Shown: positions 12,709 through 23,700 of the stretch, in pieces | Layout: every line of letters begins with the position of its first letter | How positions within the stretch are numbered: position 1 is the first letter of the stretch | Source of the DNA: Phaeosaccion multiseriatum | Lineage: Eukaryota; Protista; Ochrophyta, other classes | Assembly (NCBI GenBank): GCA_965112735.1 | Contig: OZ218950.1 | Location: 2,914,001 to 2,978,000 of the forward strand | Reading direction: 5' to 3' | Length of the DNA stretch: 64,000 nt | Notes under the pieces: model-generated | The model's input: the letters and a program-made list of their open reading frames with translations, nothing else | The model's database searches: none | What the model was told of the DNA's origin: nothing | Position numbers and translations under genes: made by a program

Positions 12709-13533
12709 AGGTCCTGATTTGAGAACAAAGGACCTCTGGAAAGATGGTTTCCGACCTTATTCCAAGAGGGTTCCGACCCGACATGGGCACTGAATCTCCG
12801 AAGGCCCAAAGTCTCACCCTCACGTGAGTGTCGTCCCCCCTAACATTAAGGGGTATACCGCCTCGGGGGAAGCCCACCGGGGTTCATAGCGAGACTGGCA
12901 TTTGACTTGGTTTTAGTATAGGCCGCTGGCACGATGATTACAGAAGGCCCAAATCTCTCGATTCCACACTATTCTCAGCTTGACTTGCTTTTAGACTACC
13001 CGCGCCGATGCGTCATGTCGACATAGGCATCGACATTGATGGACACTTCTGTCCACGTTTGAGGACAGCAGTGCCATTGTTCCCGCGAGACAAGTAGCAT
13101 CCAGTGCCCTTCTCATCGATTCTCATTATTGACGACTTGACTTGTTCGTCTCCACACTCCACAGGCATGAGCTACACGTACCAACACAATGAGGGGGGGT
13201 CTCAGAGACCGCAGGGGATGGCTACTCGCGTTCTCGGCCTGGTGACGCCAGAGAACTGTTACAGTGTCAAACAGGAGACGACGCCAAAGGGGAGGGCATC
13301 ACAACTACTGACCCTCACGTCTCTCATGATAACGGGGAGCTTACTGGCTTTCGCATTCCGCTTCTGGGCAGCATACACAACTACGACCACCTTCACGAAC
13401 ATGGAGATTTCAATCACTCCTAGGGATTCAGTGCACATGTCGGGTCGGAAACCCTCTTGAAATAAGGTTGGAGACCATTAATTGAGTGTCTATTGTTGAA
13501 ACTCTTAGGACCTTTGTTCTCAAATCAAGACCT
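12709..13533. mobile_element. Non-coding element with long imperfect terminal inverted repeats (MITE/foldback-like)
   Basis: 12709-12735 is the reverse complement of 13507-13533 (2 mismatches in 27). 12744-12796 is the reverse complement of 13425-13478 (about 4 mismatches plus 1 indel). No clear target-site duplication. Confidence 0.75.
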
Positions 13534-13602
13534 CTCCTCTCCTCACCCCTCCTTCTCCTCGCCCCGTCCTCTGACCTCTCTCCCCCTCCCCCCCTCCACC
13601 CC

Positions 13603-14052
13603 CCTCCCTCCCTCCCTCCCTCCCTCCCTCCCTCCCTCCCTCCCTCCCTCCCTCCCTCCCTCCCTCCCTCCCTCCCTCCCTCCCTCCCTCCCTCCCTCCC
13701 TCCCTCCCTCCCTCCCTCCCTCCCTCCCTCCCTCCCTCCCTCCCTCCCTCCCTCCCTCCCTCCCTCCCTCCCTCCCTCCCTCCCTCCCTCCCTCCCTCCC
13801 TCCCTCCCTCCCTCCCTCCCTCCCTCCCTCCCTCCCTCCCTCCCTCCCTCCCTCCCTCCCTCCCTCCCTCCCTCCCTTGCTTCCTCCCTTCCTTGCTTCC
13901 TCCCTCCCTCCCTCCCTCCCTCCCTCCCTCCCTCCCTCCCTCCCTCCCTCCCTCCCTCCCTCCCTCCCTCCCTCCCTCCCTCCCTCCCTCCCTCCCTCCC
14001 TCCCTCCCTCCCTCCCTCCCTCCCTCCCTCCCTCCCTCCCTCCCTCCCTCCC
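13603..14052. repeat. (CCCT)n microsatellite, about 450 bp, inside a longer polypyrimidine tract (13534-14162)
   Basis: Near-perfect tetranucleotide repeat with one short interruption at about 13876-13899. Confidence 0.98.
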
Positions 14053-14169
14053 TTCCCCCCTCCCAACCTACCTCCCTCCCTTCCTTCCTCCCTCTCTCCC
14101 TTCCTCCCTCCCCCCTTCCTCCTTCCCTCTCTCTCTCCCTCCCTCCCTCCCTTGCTCTTCCCTCGAAGC

Positions 14170-15509
14170 TGATGGGGGGCGTCGAAGGCTTGGCTTCCTC
14201 AAGCATTCTCCTAAACAATCTCAGGGATACTCTGAATGTCTCGTAGAAGACGGACGAGCTGGTACTGTTGTTTGCTCTGAAGGGCCCTTGTGTTCTGCCC
14301 AATGTCACTCGCCCTGGTGAAGTAGTTTGCGCACGACCTTTTGATGCAGTTGGCGAAAAGTGAGGACAAACATTCAGACATTCATGAGACAGTCTGTAGG
14401 GCGGTGGACTAAGCGTCACCCTTGTGTACGGCCCTATAGTCACACGCAGAGGCGGCGGTACAGAGAGTACGTACTTGAAGGTCGGTGCTGGCCCTGCGGG
14501 GGTGAAAGTGATCCAGAAGCCCACGGCCTTGTCCACTGTATTGACCTCGAGCTTTCGCATGGCATACTTCATAGTCTTGGCGTGGCTGGTTAGCTCATTA
14601 CCAAGATCGTCCTGGGAGTAGGGGATTGTGTCCTTTCCGAGCATGCACACGTAGCGCTTGCCATTCGTCGTAAAGTACATGCAGCACACACCCACATCCT
14701 TCGATGGAGTGTTTCTCGGCACTGAACGACGGAAAGGAAGACAAACGATAAGGAAGGCAAGACACGGAAGCATCCACAGAGCACGTGTTAGCAAGCGCAG
14801 AGAAGTACGCACAAAGCACTCGGCGTGTGAGTGTGCCCCCTGCTTGCGTTCTCAGTATCCGCTCTCGTCTCTTTTTCTGGAGCCTGCTGATTGCTTGTGG
14901 TCACTTACCCCCCAGACGTATCAGCCGTAAGGGCATCTCTTGCAGGCAATAGTCCAAGAACGTATCCCCCCGGTCCGTAATGATCCCCGCCCAGAATGTC
15001 TGAACGAACGGCGCCTCAGGATTTCCGGACGGACGGTGGACATGTGCTGGCATGAGCGCTCCCGGGTGACCTTGCTGACGGACAAGAGGTTTTGGAGGCG
15101 CTGCATTTCCAGCTTGCTCTCGCCTCTTCTTCGCAGCAGCTTGACGACGAGAGTGCATCAGTCCCTGAACTTTCTCCGCCTTGCAGGTCATCTCGCTACG
15201 GCCTTTCACATTTCTACTTTTCAGAAGAGATGTTAGCTGAGCAATAGAGAGGGCTTCGAGGTCCTTTTTCTTGGCGTTCAGGAGGTCATCGGTGAAAAAA
15301 ATCTTTTTCTTCTTGGCCACCGTGTCCCTCTTGGCCGCTTTCTGGAAGCGCATCAGTCCGGCAACTTTCTTGTCCTTGGTGGTCATGGTGCCTCTACCTT
15401 CGACGTCCCGGTGCTGCAGCATCTGATGTAGGGTGGTACAAGTGTAGGCTTCGAGGTCCCGCTTTGTGACGCCTCCAAGATCGAAAGGTACCCTGCCATA
15501 CGCCGCCAT
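14170..15509 (-). CDS. Orphan spliced gene with two tandem Rho_N/HeH(SAP)-like helical motifs; 3' end uncertain or truncated
   Basis: Internal repeat DLEAYTCTTLHQMLQHRDVEGRGTMTTKDKKVAGL / DLEALSIAQLTSLLKSRNVKGRSEMTCKAEKVQGL. A phase-compatible intron at 14722-14908 joins it to VPRNTPSKDVGVCCMYF...FWITFTP. Downstream sequence runs into the polypyrimidine tract. Confidence 0.6.
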
Positions 15510-16206
15510 GCTGCTGCTCCCTGAGCTCCTCTCCAGGAGTGTGCTTTCGCTTCTGCCTGCAGAGACCGTGCGAGCTCCGCCGATTCCCCGTGCAAAGCCT
15601 GGCGGGTTGTGTCTTTGCATCGAAATGATGCCCTCTCGGATCTGGGCCTTCTCGGATCCGGACCTGTTCCCACGCGCACACAAGGTTTCCGGCCCATCGA
15701 CACGGCAGCTCCGAGTTGTAAAGCTTTCTAGGTGTGGATATCAGGTGTGTGTGTGTGTCGCAGTTTCAGAAATGTGTCCGACGGCGGCCGGCCAGCCTTG
15801 TTCACGCAAATGCGAAAATATTCTTTTTCTTTCCTCATGCAGGCGCCCCCCTTTTTCTACTCTCCACATTGCTTCAGTGGAACAGCAGAGAGCGAGGAGC
15901 ACCTGCAGCAGAAGAGTGAGAGAGGGAAATGTGGGGATCGAGGTGAATCAAGCGCTCCGTCGCCAGCCTCGATCTGAGGGACCAACTGCTGCAGGAAGCG
16001 AAGCGGTGAAACTAAAACAGTTACGTCCCGTTCGTGGAATCCTCGGGTTTTCCTATGAAGAGACTTGACTCCCGATGAAGGGCCGAGAGAGTGAGTCACA
16101 CAGGGCCTGAGAGAAAGGGCCGAGAAGCATCCGTGAAGAGAGATTCGATGAAAGCTCTCAAAATCAACAATCAGGCAGGCCAAGCAGCAGACAGAGAGCA
16201 AAAGCC

Positions 16207-16888
16207 ATGACGAAAGCCAAGACCTACGACGGCAAGAAGAAAAACGCTGGAAAAGTCCGGAGCAAGGACAAGAAGGTGGTGGTCAAGCCGAAGCCCAAGA
16301 AGCCGAATACAACCCGGGAAATCCTCCAGGACGTCGAGAAGCAGCCAGCACCTCAAGATCAAATGGTCCTTCATTTTGGAGGAGGTCACAAGAGAAGAAA
16401 AGAACAAGATGGAGGGAGTGGTATACGACGCACTTACCGGGTCAAACTGGCGTTTACAAAGGACCAAGCACTTCGGCAGATTTCTCGGTGTTGACGGCAT
16501 TCAGAAAATGGACAAGGGCGCAGCAGCACTTGCTGTGGCGAGGAAGTTCAAAGGGCATACCAAGTCCTCCACAAGGAAGGTATTCCAGCGCTTCTTGGAG
16601 CAAAGGCTGCGCTGGAGTATGTACTGCCAGCTGATACCCGACTGGGAGGGAAATCTCGAGTCGGGGTAGCTACGCCACTCTTGAGCAAATCTCCATGTGT
16701 GACAAGACGTTCACCAGCTCAAGCGCGAGATCCCGGTGCACATTGTGAGAGAGCTGGCCGAGGGGAGGGATGAGAAAAAGCTGCTGAAGGACCTGAGCGG
16801 CAAAGAAGCAGACGATTTCAGAAAGCAGATGGACTCCAATATCAAGAAGCACGTGAAGGAAGACTGGGTGCCCAGCACGCTGCTGTAG
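16207..16888 (+). pseudogene. Lys-rich orphan ORF with one frameshift and three in-frame stops
   Basis: MTKAKTYDGKKK... shifts frame at a T-run (about 16374-16377) into LEEVTREEKNKMEG...; stops at 16667, 16682 and 16700; the same frame then resumes QDVHQLKREIPV...EDWVPSTLL*. Confidence 0.55.
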
Positions 16889-17276
16889 CTGCTGCCTGGA
16901 GGCCCACACAACTGAGCGGGCGGCGGGGGCCGGTGGAGATGTCTTGCTTGGAGTGAAAGGAGGCAATCGAAGCTAGCACCTCTCTACGGCGTGCCTCAGA
17001 GGAAGGGACTCACTCCCTCTGACGGCCCTTGAATAGTGTCTGGTACACCTTCATACTCTTCACGGTCTTTATTAGTTATCGGTTGGCCACCAATGGCGCT
17101 AACCTCTGGTGCCTCTGCACTGGCGACAGGAGGAGGGGGGCTCTCAGCCGCGACCTCCTGCGCTCCTACCCCCAATACTTGCACGGGGAAGTTGCTTGCC
17201 TCATAGCACACACGCTCATAGCACACACGCTCTTCTCAACACTCTGCTGCTTAGTCGGGGTAGCCCCTGTCGTCGA

Positions 17277-17678
17277 CCATGGACAAGATTATCTGACTAC
17301 TGATTACGGCCGGCGCAGCCGGCCTGATTACTGATTATGACCGGCGCCAGCCGGCCTGATTTCTGATTATGATTCGGCTCCAGACTGGCCTAGAAGCCTA
17401 GGCCTAGAGACGAAAATCGGCCGGCCTAGGGGGGCCGCAGGCCCCCGGCCTAGGCCTAGAGGGGGCCGCAGGTCCCCGGCCTAGGCCTATGGCGCCCCCT
17501 GGACAAAATTACGGTGTGCGCCGGCCGTAACCAGTAATCAGCCCCCGGCCGGCGCAAAATCAGTAATCAGGCCGGCTGGTCACCGGCTGTAAGCAACCAG
17601 ACCGGCTGGCGCCGGTCATAATCAGTAATCAGGCCGGCTGCGCCGGCCGTAATCAGAATCAGATGATCTTGTCCAGGG
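17277..17678. mobile_element. GC-rich foldback/MITE-like element A (about 80-bp TIRs), TCGA on both flanks
   Basis: tcga|ccatggacaagattatctg...ccggcgccagccgg mirrors ccggctggcgccgg...cagatgatcttgtccaggg|tcga. The core is rich in GGCCTAGGCC. Confidence 0.75.
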
Positions 17679-17682
17679 TCGA

Positions 17683-18500
17683 CTCCCTCCCTCCCTCCCT
17701 CCCTCCCTCCCTCCCTCCCTCCCTCCCTCCCTCCCTCCCTCCCTCCCTCCCTCCCTCCCTCCCTCCCTCCCTCCCTCCCTCCCTCCCTCCCTCCCTCCCT
17801 CCCTCCCTCCCTCCTCCCTCCCTCCCTCCCTCCCTCCCTCCCTCCCTCCCTCCCTCCCTCCCTCCCTCCCTCCCTCCCTCCCTCCCTCCCTCCCTCCCTC
17901 CCTCCCTCCCTCCCTCCCTCCCTCCCTCCCTCCCTCCCTCCCTCCCTCCCTCCCTCCCTCCCTCCCTCCCTCCCTCCCTCCCTCCCTCCCTCCCTCCCTC
18001 CCTCCCTCCCTCCCTCCCTCCCTCCCTCCCTCCCTCCCTCCCTCCCTCCCTCCCTCCCTCCCTCCCTCCCTCCCTCCCTCCCTCCCTCCCTCCCTCCCTC
18101 CCTCCCTCCCTCCCTCCCTCCCTCCCTCCCTCCCTCCCTCCCTCCCTCCCTCCCTCCCTCCCTCCCTCCCTCCCTCCCTCCCTCCCTCCCTCCCTCCCTC
18201 CCTCCCTCCCTCCCTCCCTCCCTCCCTCCCTCCCTCCCTCCCTCCCTCCCTCCCTCCCTCCCTCCCTCCCTCCCTCCCTCCCTCCCTCCCTCCCTCCCTC
18301 CCTCCCTCCCTCCCTCCCTCCCTCCCTCCCTCCCTCCCTCCCTCCCTCCCTCCCTCCCTCCCTCCCTCCCTCCCTCCCTCCCTCCCTCCCTCCCTCCCTC
18401 CCTCCCTCCCTCCCTCCCTCCCTCCCTCCCTCCCTCCCTCCCTCCCTCCCTCCCTCCCTCCCTCCCTCGCTCGCTCCCTCCCTCCCTCCCTCCCTCCCTC
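17683..18500. repeat. (CCCT)n microsatellite, about 820 bp
   Basis: About 200 nearly perfect units, bounded by TCGA at 17679-17682 and 18502-18505. Confidence 0.98.
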
Positions 18501-18505
18501 TTCGA

Positions 18506-18950
18506 CCCTGGACAAGATTACGGTGTCGCCGGCCGTAATCAGTAATCAGCCCCCGGCCGGCGCATAATCAGTACTCAGGCCGGCTGGCGCCGGTCATAAT
18601 CAGATATGAGGCCGGCTGCGCCGGCCGTAATTACTAATCAGATAGGTCGAGGCCTAGGCCTAGAACCGCCGGCCTAGGGAGAAAAAATGGCCGGCCTAGA
18701 GCGGCCAACGGCCGCCGGCCTAGGCCTAGAGCGGGCGTAGGCCGCTCGGCCTAGGGCCTAGAGCATAGGCTTCTAGGCCAGTCTGGAGCCGATACGATGA
18801 TTATGGCGCCAGCCCGAGGACATGGCCGGCGCCAGCCGGTCTGGTTGCTAATTACAGCCGGTGACCAGCCGACCTGCCGACCTGATTATGCGCCAGCCGG
18901 GGGCTGATTACTGATTACGGCCGGCGCATACAGAATTTCTTGTCCAGGCA
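18506..18950. mobile_element. GC-rich foldback/MITE-like element B, related to element A, with its core inverted
   Basis: tcga|ccctggacaagattacgg... at the left end and ...tttcttgtccaggca|tcga at the right end. 18766-18792 is the exact reverse complement of 17374-17400. Confidence 0.7.
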
Positions 18951-19268
18951 TCGACAGGCAGGGTCGACTGTCCCACAGGAGGAGTAAAGTGGCCCTGCCA
19001 CAAGCAACAACATGCCTAAAAGTAAAACTCAGCATCTCTCTTATTTCTATTGCCGGTCTGGTTGCTAATTACAGCCGGTGACCAGCCGACCTGCCGACCT
19101 GATTATGCGCCAGCCGGGGGCTGATTACTGATTACGGCCGGCGCATACAGAATTTCTTGTCCAGGCATCGACAGGCAGGGTCGACTGTCCCACAGGAGGA
19201 GTAAAGTGGCCCTGCCACAAGCAACAACATGCCTAAAAGTAAAACTCAGCATCTCTCTTATTTCTATT
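18835..19268. repeat. Perfect 217-bp tandem duplication
   Basis: 18835-19051 is identical to 19052-19268 (gccggtctggttgcta...ttatttctatt). Confidence 0.95.
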
Positions 19269-19314
19269 TCCCCTCCTCTTCTCTCCTGCCACCTTTCTTC
19301 TGCCCTTCGACAGT

Positions 19315-20520
19315 ATGGCGCGGGCTCAGGCAGAACAGGAGAAAGAGCTGCGCGCGCTGCACATGGTAAAGGTGCTTAACGAGGGAAAGAAGAGGAAGCA
19401 GCAGCTCAACAAAAATGTCCTTCTGGATGGAGCCTCAACCATCTTCGAGGTGCCCGGCCTCTTACAGCGAGCAGAGTGCAAACAACTCATTCATAAAATT
19501 TGCAGAGGAGCTTGGTAAGCGCGATGAGGTGACGGATATAGTGGGGAGGAGGGCTTTTGAGACGCGATCGATGACCCTTGCCTTCTTCCTTCTCCTCCCT
19601 CCTCCTCCTCCTCCTCTCGGCCCGCAAAAAAATCGGGCAATTTCGTCCAGGCCTGGAGCGCAGCTTCCACAAGGCGACCCACGAGATTGCGTATCGAGAT
19701 AATCACCGCGTAGCCGTGTACTCCCCTGAACTGGCCGCGAGCCTTTGGGCACGCATCTCCGCCTACGCCCCTTCCACTCACCCTCCAGGCCTCGAGGCCG
19801 TGGGGCTGAACGCAAACGTGCGACTCTACCGCTACGGGCCGGGCCAGCGCTTTGGACAGCACGTAGACCAGAGCGATCAAGACCCTGTCACTCCCAGTTG
19901 GGAGTCCGCATACACAGTCCTTGTGTACCTCAATGATAAAACTGACTCTGACCTGGAGGGGGGACACACGGCCTTCTACGCGCCAGCAGGTAGGTGGTCA
20001 AGGTCAGAAAAGTCGGGCTCAACAGCCCAGGGGCAGTGTGCCCATGGGAACCCTCTGCACTGGGCCTGTATGTTTGCCCTTTGCTCTCCATCGGCTCTTC
20101 GTGGATGCACGCGCCGTGCCCTGCTCTCACGTCCTGCCCTGCCCACAGCCTTCCCTACGCTCTTCGCGCCTCTCACCCTGTCCTTCCCCTCCCTCTCCGA
20201 CGTCTCTTCCAACTCCCCCCCCTCCCTCCAACCGCGCACGCACGCACTCACACCGTCTCCCTGTACCTCCCCCCGACACCAAAGGTGGCCCATCGGGAGC
20301 CAGGAGCAGCAGCAGTAGCACTAGCAGTAAGCGGAGGAGAGGAAGCAGCCAACAGCAGCAGGAGAGGCAGCAGCAGAGAGAGGTCCTCTCATACGCCCCT
20401 CAGGCGGGTGCAGCGCTTGTGCACGGCCACGGAGAGCGCTGCTTGCTGCACGAGGGCCTCGAGGTGACGGCAGGGCACAAGTACGTCCTTAGAACGGACA
20501 TTATGTATAGCAGAAGGTGA
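19315..20520 (+). CDS. 2OG-Fe(II) oxygenase (P4Hc/2OG-FeII_Oxy_3-like); frameshifted in exon 1 as assembled
   Basis: Motifs IFEVPGLL..AECKQLI, RLYRYGPGQRFGQHVD (HxD), TVLVYLN, GGHTAF, LLHEG and KYVLRTDIMY. Introns at about 19515-19650 and 19990-20284. An extra TCAT at 19487-19494 breaks the frame. Confidence 0.85.
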
Positions 20521-20773
20521 ATAGGACGACGCGAGCAAGCAGCTCCACCGCATCTGCACTCTTTTTAGAATGGACTTCATAGAATTATGGTTAATTCATT
20601 TTGCTTTCATGTCTTGCTTCTCGATGGAGCTCTGCTGGTCCCAAGCGCAGGCAGTGGTGTTGGGCGAAGGAAGCTGAACTGAAATTGGGGAAACACTAAA
20701 AGCTTCCTACGCACATTTCCTTTCTCCTCCTCCCCCTCCTCCTGCTGACTTGCGCAGAGGTGCGCTGACTTGC

Positions 20774-23700
20774 TCACTGCCGCTCGTCGTCATCACTCAC
20801 GTTGAACATGTCTTCCTTCTTCCTGCTGCCCACACTCCTCGGGCTCGTCGGACTGGTCGGGCTTCTCGCTGCTCCACTCCCCCCCTCCTCGTCCTCCCCC
20901 TCCCCGGAGGCATCGGAGCCGTCTAAGCTGTAACGGGTCAAGTCTCCCACCAAGCTCCGGCTGTGGGGCGACGGTTAACATGGGTTACATACGTAAGTAA
21001 GTATATAAGTACACGAGGCCAGAGACAAGGGGAATGGCACGGAGTAAGACCAGCAAGTGTATGGGATGGAGTGGTGGGCATTTGTAGGCCTTTATACTAG
21101 GCCTTGACCCAATCACGAAAGACACACGACGAAAGGAAAAGCAAGCACGAGAAGACGTTCTTGTGTGTGTGTGCGTGCGTGCATGTGTGGGGTGTGTGTG
21201 ACTACTCACCGCTGATCGAGGACAGCCCCTGCTGCCTCGTCGTCATCCTCATCACCATCAACCCCCCTGCCAAAGAAGCCCTCCTCGTCCGTGCCGTGCC
21301 CTCCTCCTGTATCAGAAAAGTCGCTGGGAGGCCCTGCCCCGAAGCCGTAGCTGTCATCGTCTTCGTCTTGGTCCCCCTCGCCAGGAGGGGAGCTATCACT
21401 ATTGCTAACAACTGCTTCTGACGCTCCCTCTGCTGGATCACCATCTGCTGCTGCTGCTCCTTCCATTAAGGCAGCTTCGGCTATGTCTCTCGGTTTTGCC
21501 GAATGATCTCCTTGGCGTGGGGCTGCTGCTGTACCACCAACCGCTGCTGCGGCTGCAACCGCCGCGATTTCCGAGTCTGCTTCACGCCTCACTGCGTCGA
21601 GGAAGGAGGGCCTCTTCTCGCCGGCACCTCCGGACCCCTCCTGCTCCTCCTTCTCCTTCCGTAGCCACCCTAGCCTCTCTCTACTGTGCGCAGTCAGCTC
21701 CACCTGCCCGCACACGGCCCCCGACACGCAGCTCACAAGCGGCACGCATTGGCGCACCACTGACCTGCTGCTGCTGCTGCTGCTGTAGTTGTTGTTCTTG
21801 TTGTTGTTGGTGTCTTCCCCCACGTCCTCGCTCAGCAGGCGACAGAGAGGGACTCGAGCTCGGGCCAGGACTGCGGATTCGTCTGGGGTCAGCACGCGTA
21901 CCTCCACCCCATCCTGTCGTGCGTGTGTGCGTGCATGTGTGCGTGTGTGTGAGTGTGTGTGTGAGTGTATGCTTGTGTATGGTGTGTGTATGTGTGTGTA
22001 CAGTTGTGTGCGTGGGTCGAAGCAACAGAAATGGGGAATCGCTCACTACTCACGCACTTCCTCACTCACTCACTCACTCACTCACACACGCACGCACTCA
22101 CGCACTCACGCACTCACTCCCCCACTCACTCCCTCTCACCCACGTACTCCCTCACCTACTCACCCACTCACTCACTCACTCACCCACCCACCCACCCACC
22201 CACCCACCTTCTCAAGCGCGTTGAGCAAATCCGGACCCATGTCCACGTCCAGCGAAGCCTTTACGATAGGCAATGCGTACATCTCTCCCGCACCACATAT
22301 CCTCCCGCACCGCCGCCGCCTTAGATTATCCTCCTCCTCCTCCCTTCCCAAGCCGATGCGGAAGTCGTTACTTGCTCTCCTGCGGGCACTGGTCCCTGTT
22401 CTCCTCTCCCTCTCTTCTGCCGCATCAGTGACTCCATCGGAGCCGATGATATCATAATCCATAAAGCCCAACCCTCCCTTCAGACTCTGGAGCGTGTCAA
22501 GACAGTACGCAGACTGCTCGAAGGAGAGTAGTGGAGTGGGGCCCGCCAGCTGCTGTATCACCAACTGCTGCTGCTGCTGCTTGGAGCCTGAGATGGCTTT
22601 GTTTATCAGCACAATGGAGGCGCCAAGGCTAATGGCAGTAGCTCCGTCTCGAGCAGAGGGAGCAGCAGAGGAGGAGGGGGAGGTGATAGAAGCTGGGGCG
22701 CCAGTGCTGGTGTTGTGGTGGTCTATCCCGTCTCCGAGGCCCATCTGTGAGTGCAGTGGCAAGGGGTAGTAGCAGCAGCAGAGGAAGGGGGTAGTGCGGC
22801 GAGGAGGTGAGAGTGAGACAGAGAGACTCAAAAGCCCAATCAATCAAAACCCCCAACACGACCAACATGCTAAGCTGTGCCCCAGACCTCTCCAGAAGAG
22901 GGGGGTGGGGGGGGGGGCTGATCTTCACCCACCCTCCACCTTTCACCGTCCTCCGTCCTCTCCCGTCCTGGGCTCAACTACTCACCCTTGCAGAGGCGCA
23001 GTAACGCGCCAGGCGCACATGCACAGTCACGCCGCCTTCTGCTGTATCACCAAGTGCTGCGGCTGCCGTGAGGGGCACATTCGCCTCAGTGAAGACCTGC
23101 TCTCCCGCCCCGTCCGCTTGACACGACCACAGGAACGCCCCAAGGTCCACCTCTCCCCTAACAAGAGCAAGCATATGGGAAGGAAGGGCAGGCAGGCAGG
23201 CGGGCAGGCAGACAGGCAGGCAGGCAGGCACGCAGGCACAGAGAGAGAGTATGAGAAGGTGCGCAAAGACGCGACCTAGGTTCACACAGGCCCAATTCCA
23301 GCTTCGATCAGAGTAGGTCCTCCTCGGAAGAAGGAACACAGCATTGTGTGGCGTGTTTGATGTGATTTCCACGCTGTCTTGTTTCTCACCTGAGAGCTCC
23401 CCCCTCCGGCATTATACCATCCTTGCCTCCTCCTCCTCCTCCTCCTCCTCCTCCTCCTCCTCCTCCTCCTCCTCCTCCTCCTCCTCCTCCTCCTCCTCCT
23501 CCTCCTCCTCCTCCTCCTCCTCCTCGGTCTTCTTGGACGGGCACGAGCTCGAGCGTCAGAGTCCTGTCCGCACTGTCTGCTCTTTGCTTCCCCTGCTCCT
23601 GTTTGGGTATCACCGCCCCCAAGGAGTGACCCAAGAAGGAACACGTGGAGAGGAACGGCGGCGTGGTGCTGCGCTGGTCCGCCCCCATGTGCGTCTGAAA

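Noticed and set aside
17683-18500. Telomeric or interstitial telomeric repeat
   Set aside because: The unit is CCCT, not CCCTAA or CCCTAAA, and shorter (GAGG)n tracts occur in ordinary introns (about 46157-46245).
13428-18538. Long ORFs reading (GGRE)n or (PPSL)n
   Set aside because: They are translation artefacts of stop-free (CCCT)n tracts, with no coding evidence.
17277-19268. CRISPR-like array
   Set aside because: The repeats are nested and inverted with recurring, non-unique spacers. There are no cas genes and the context is eukaryotic.
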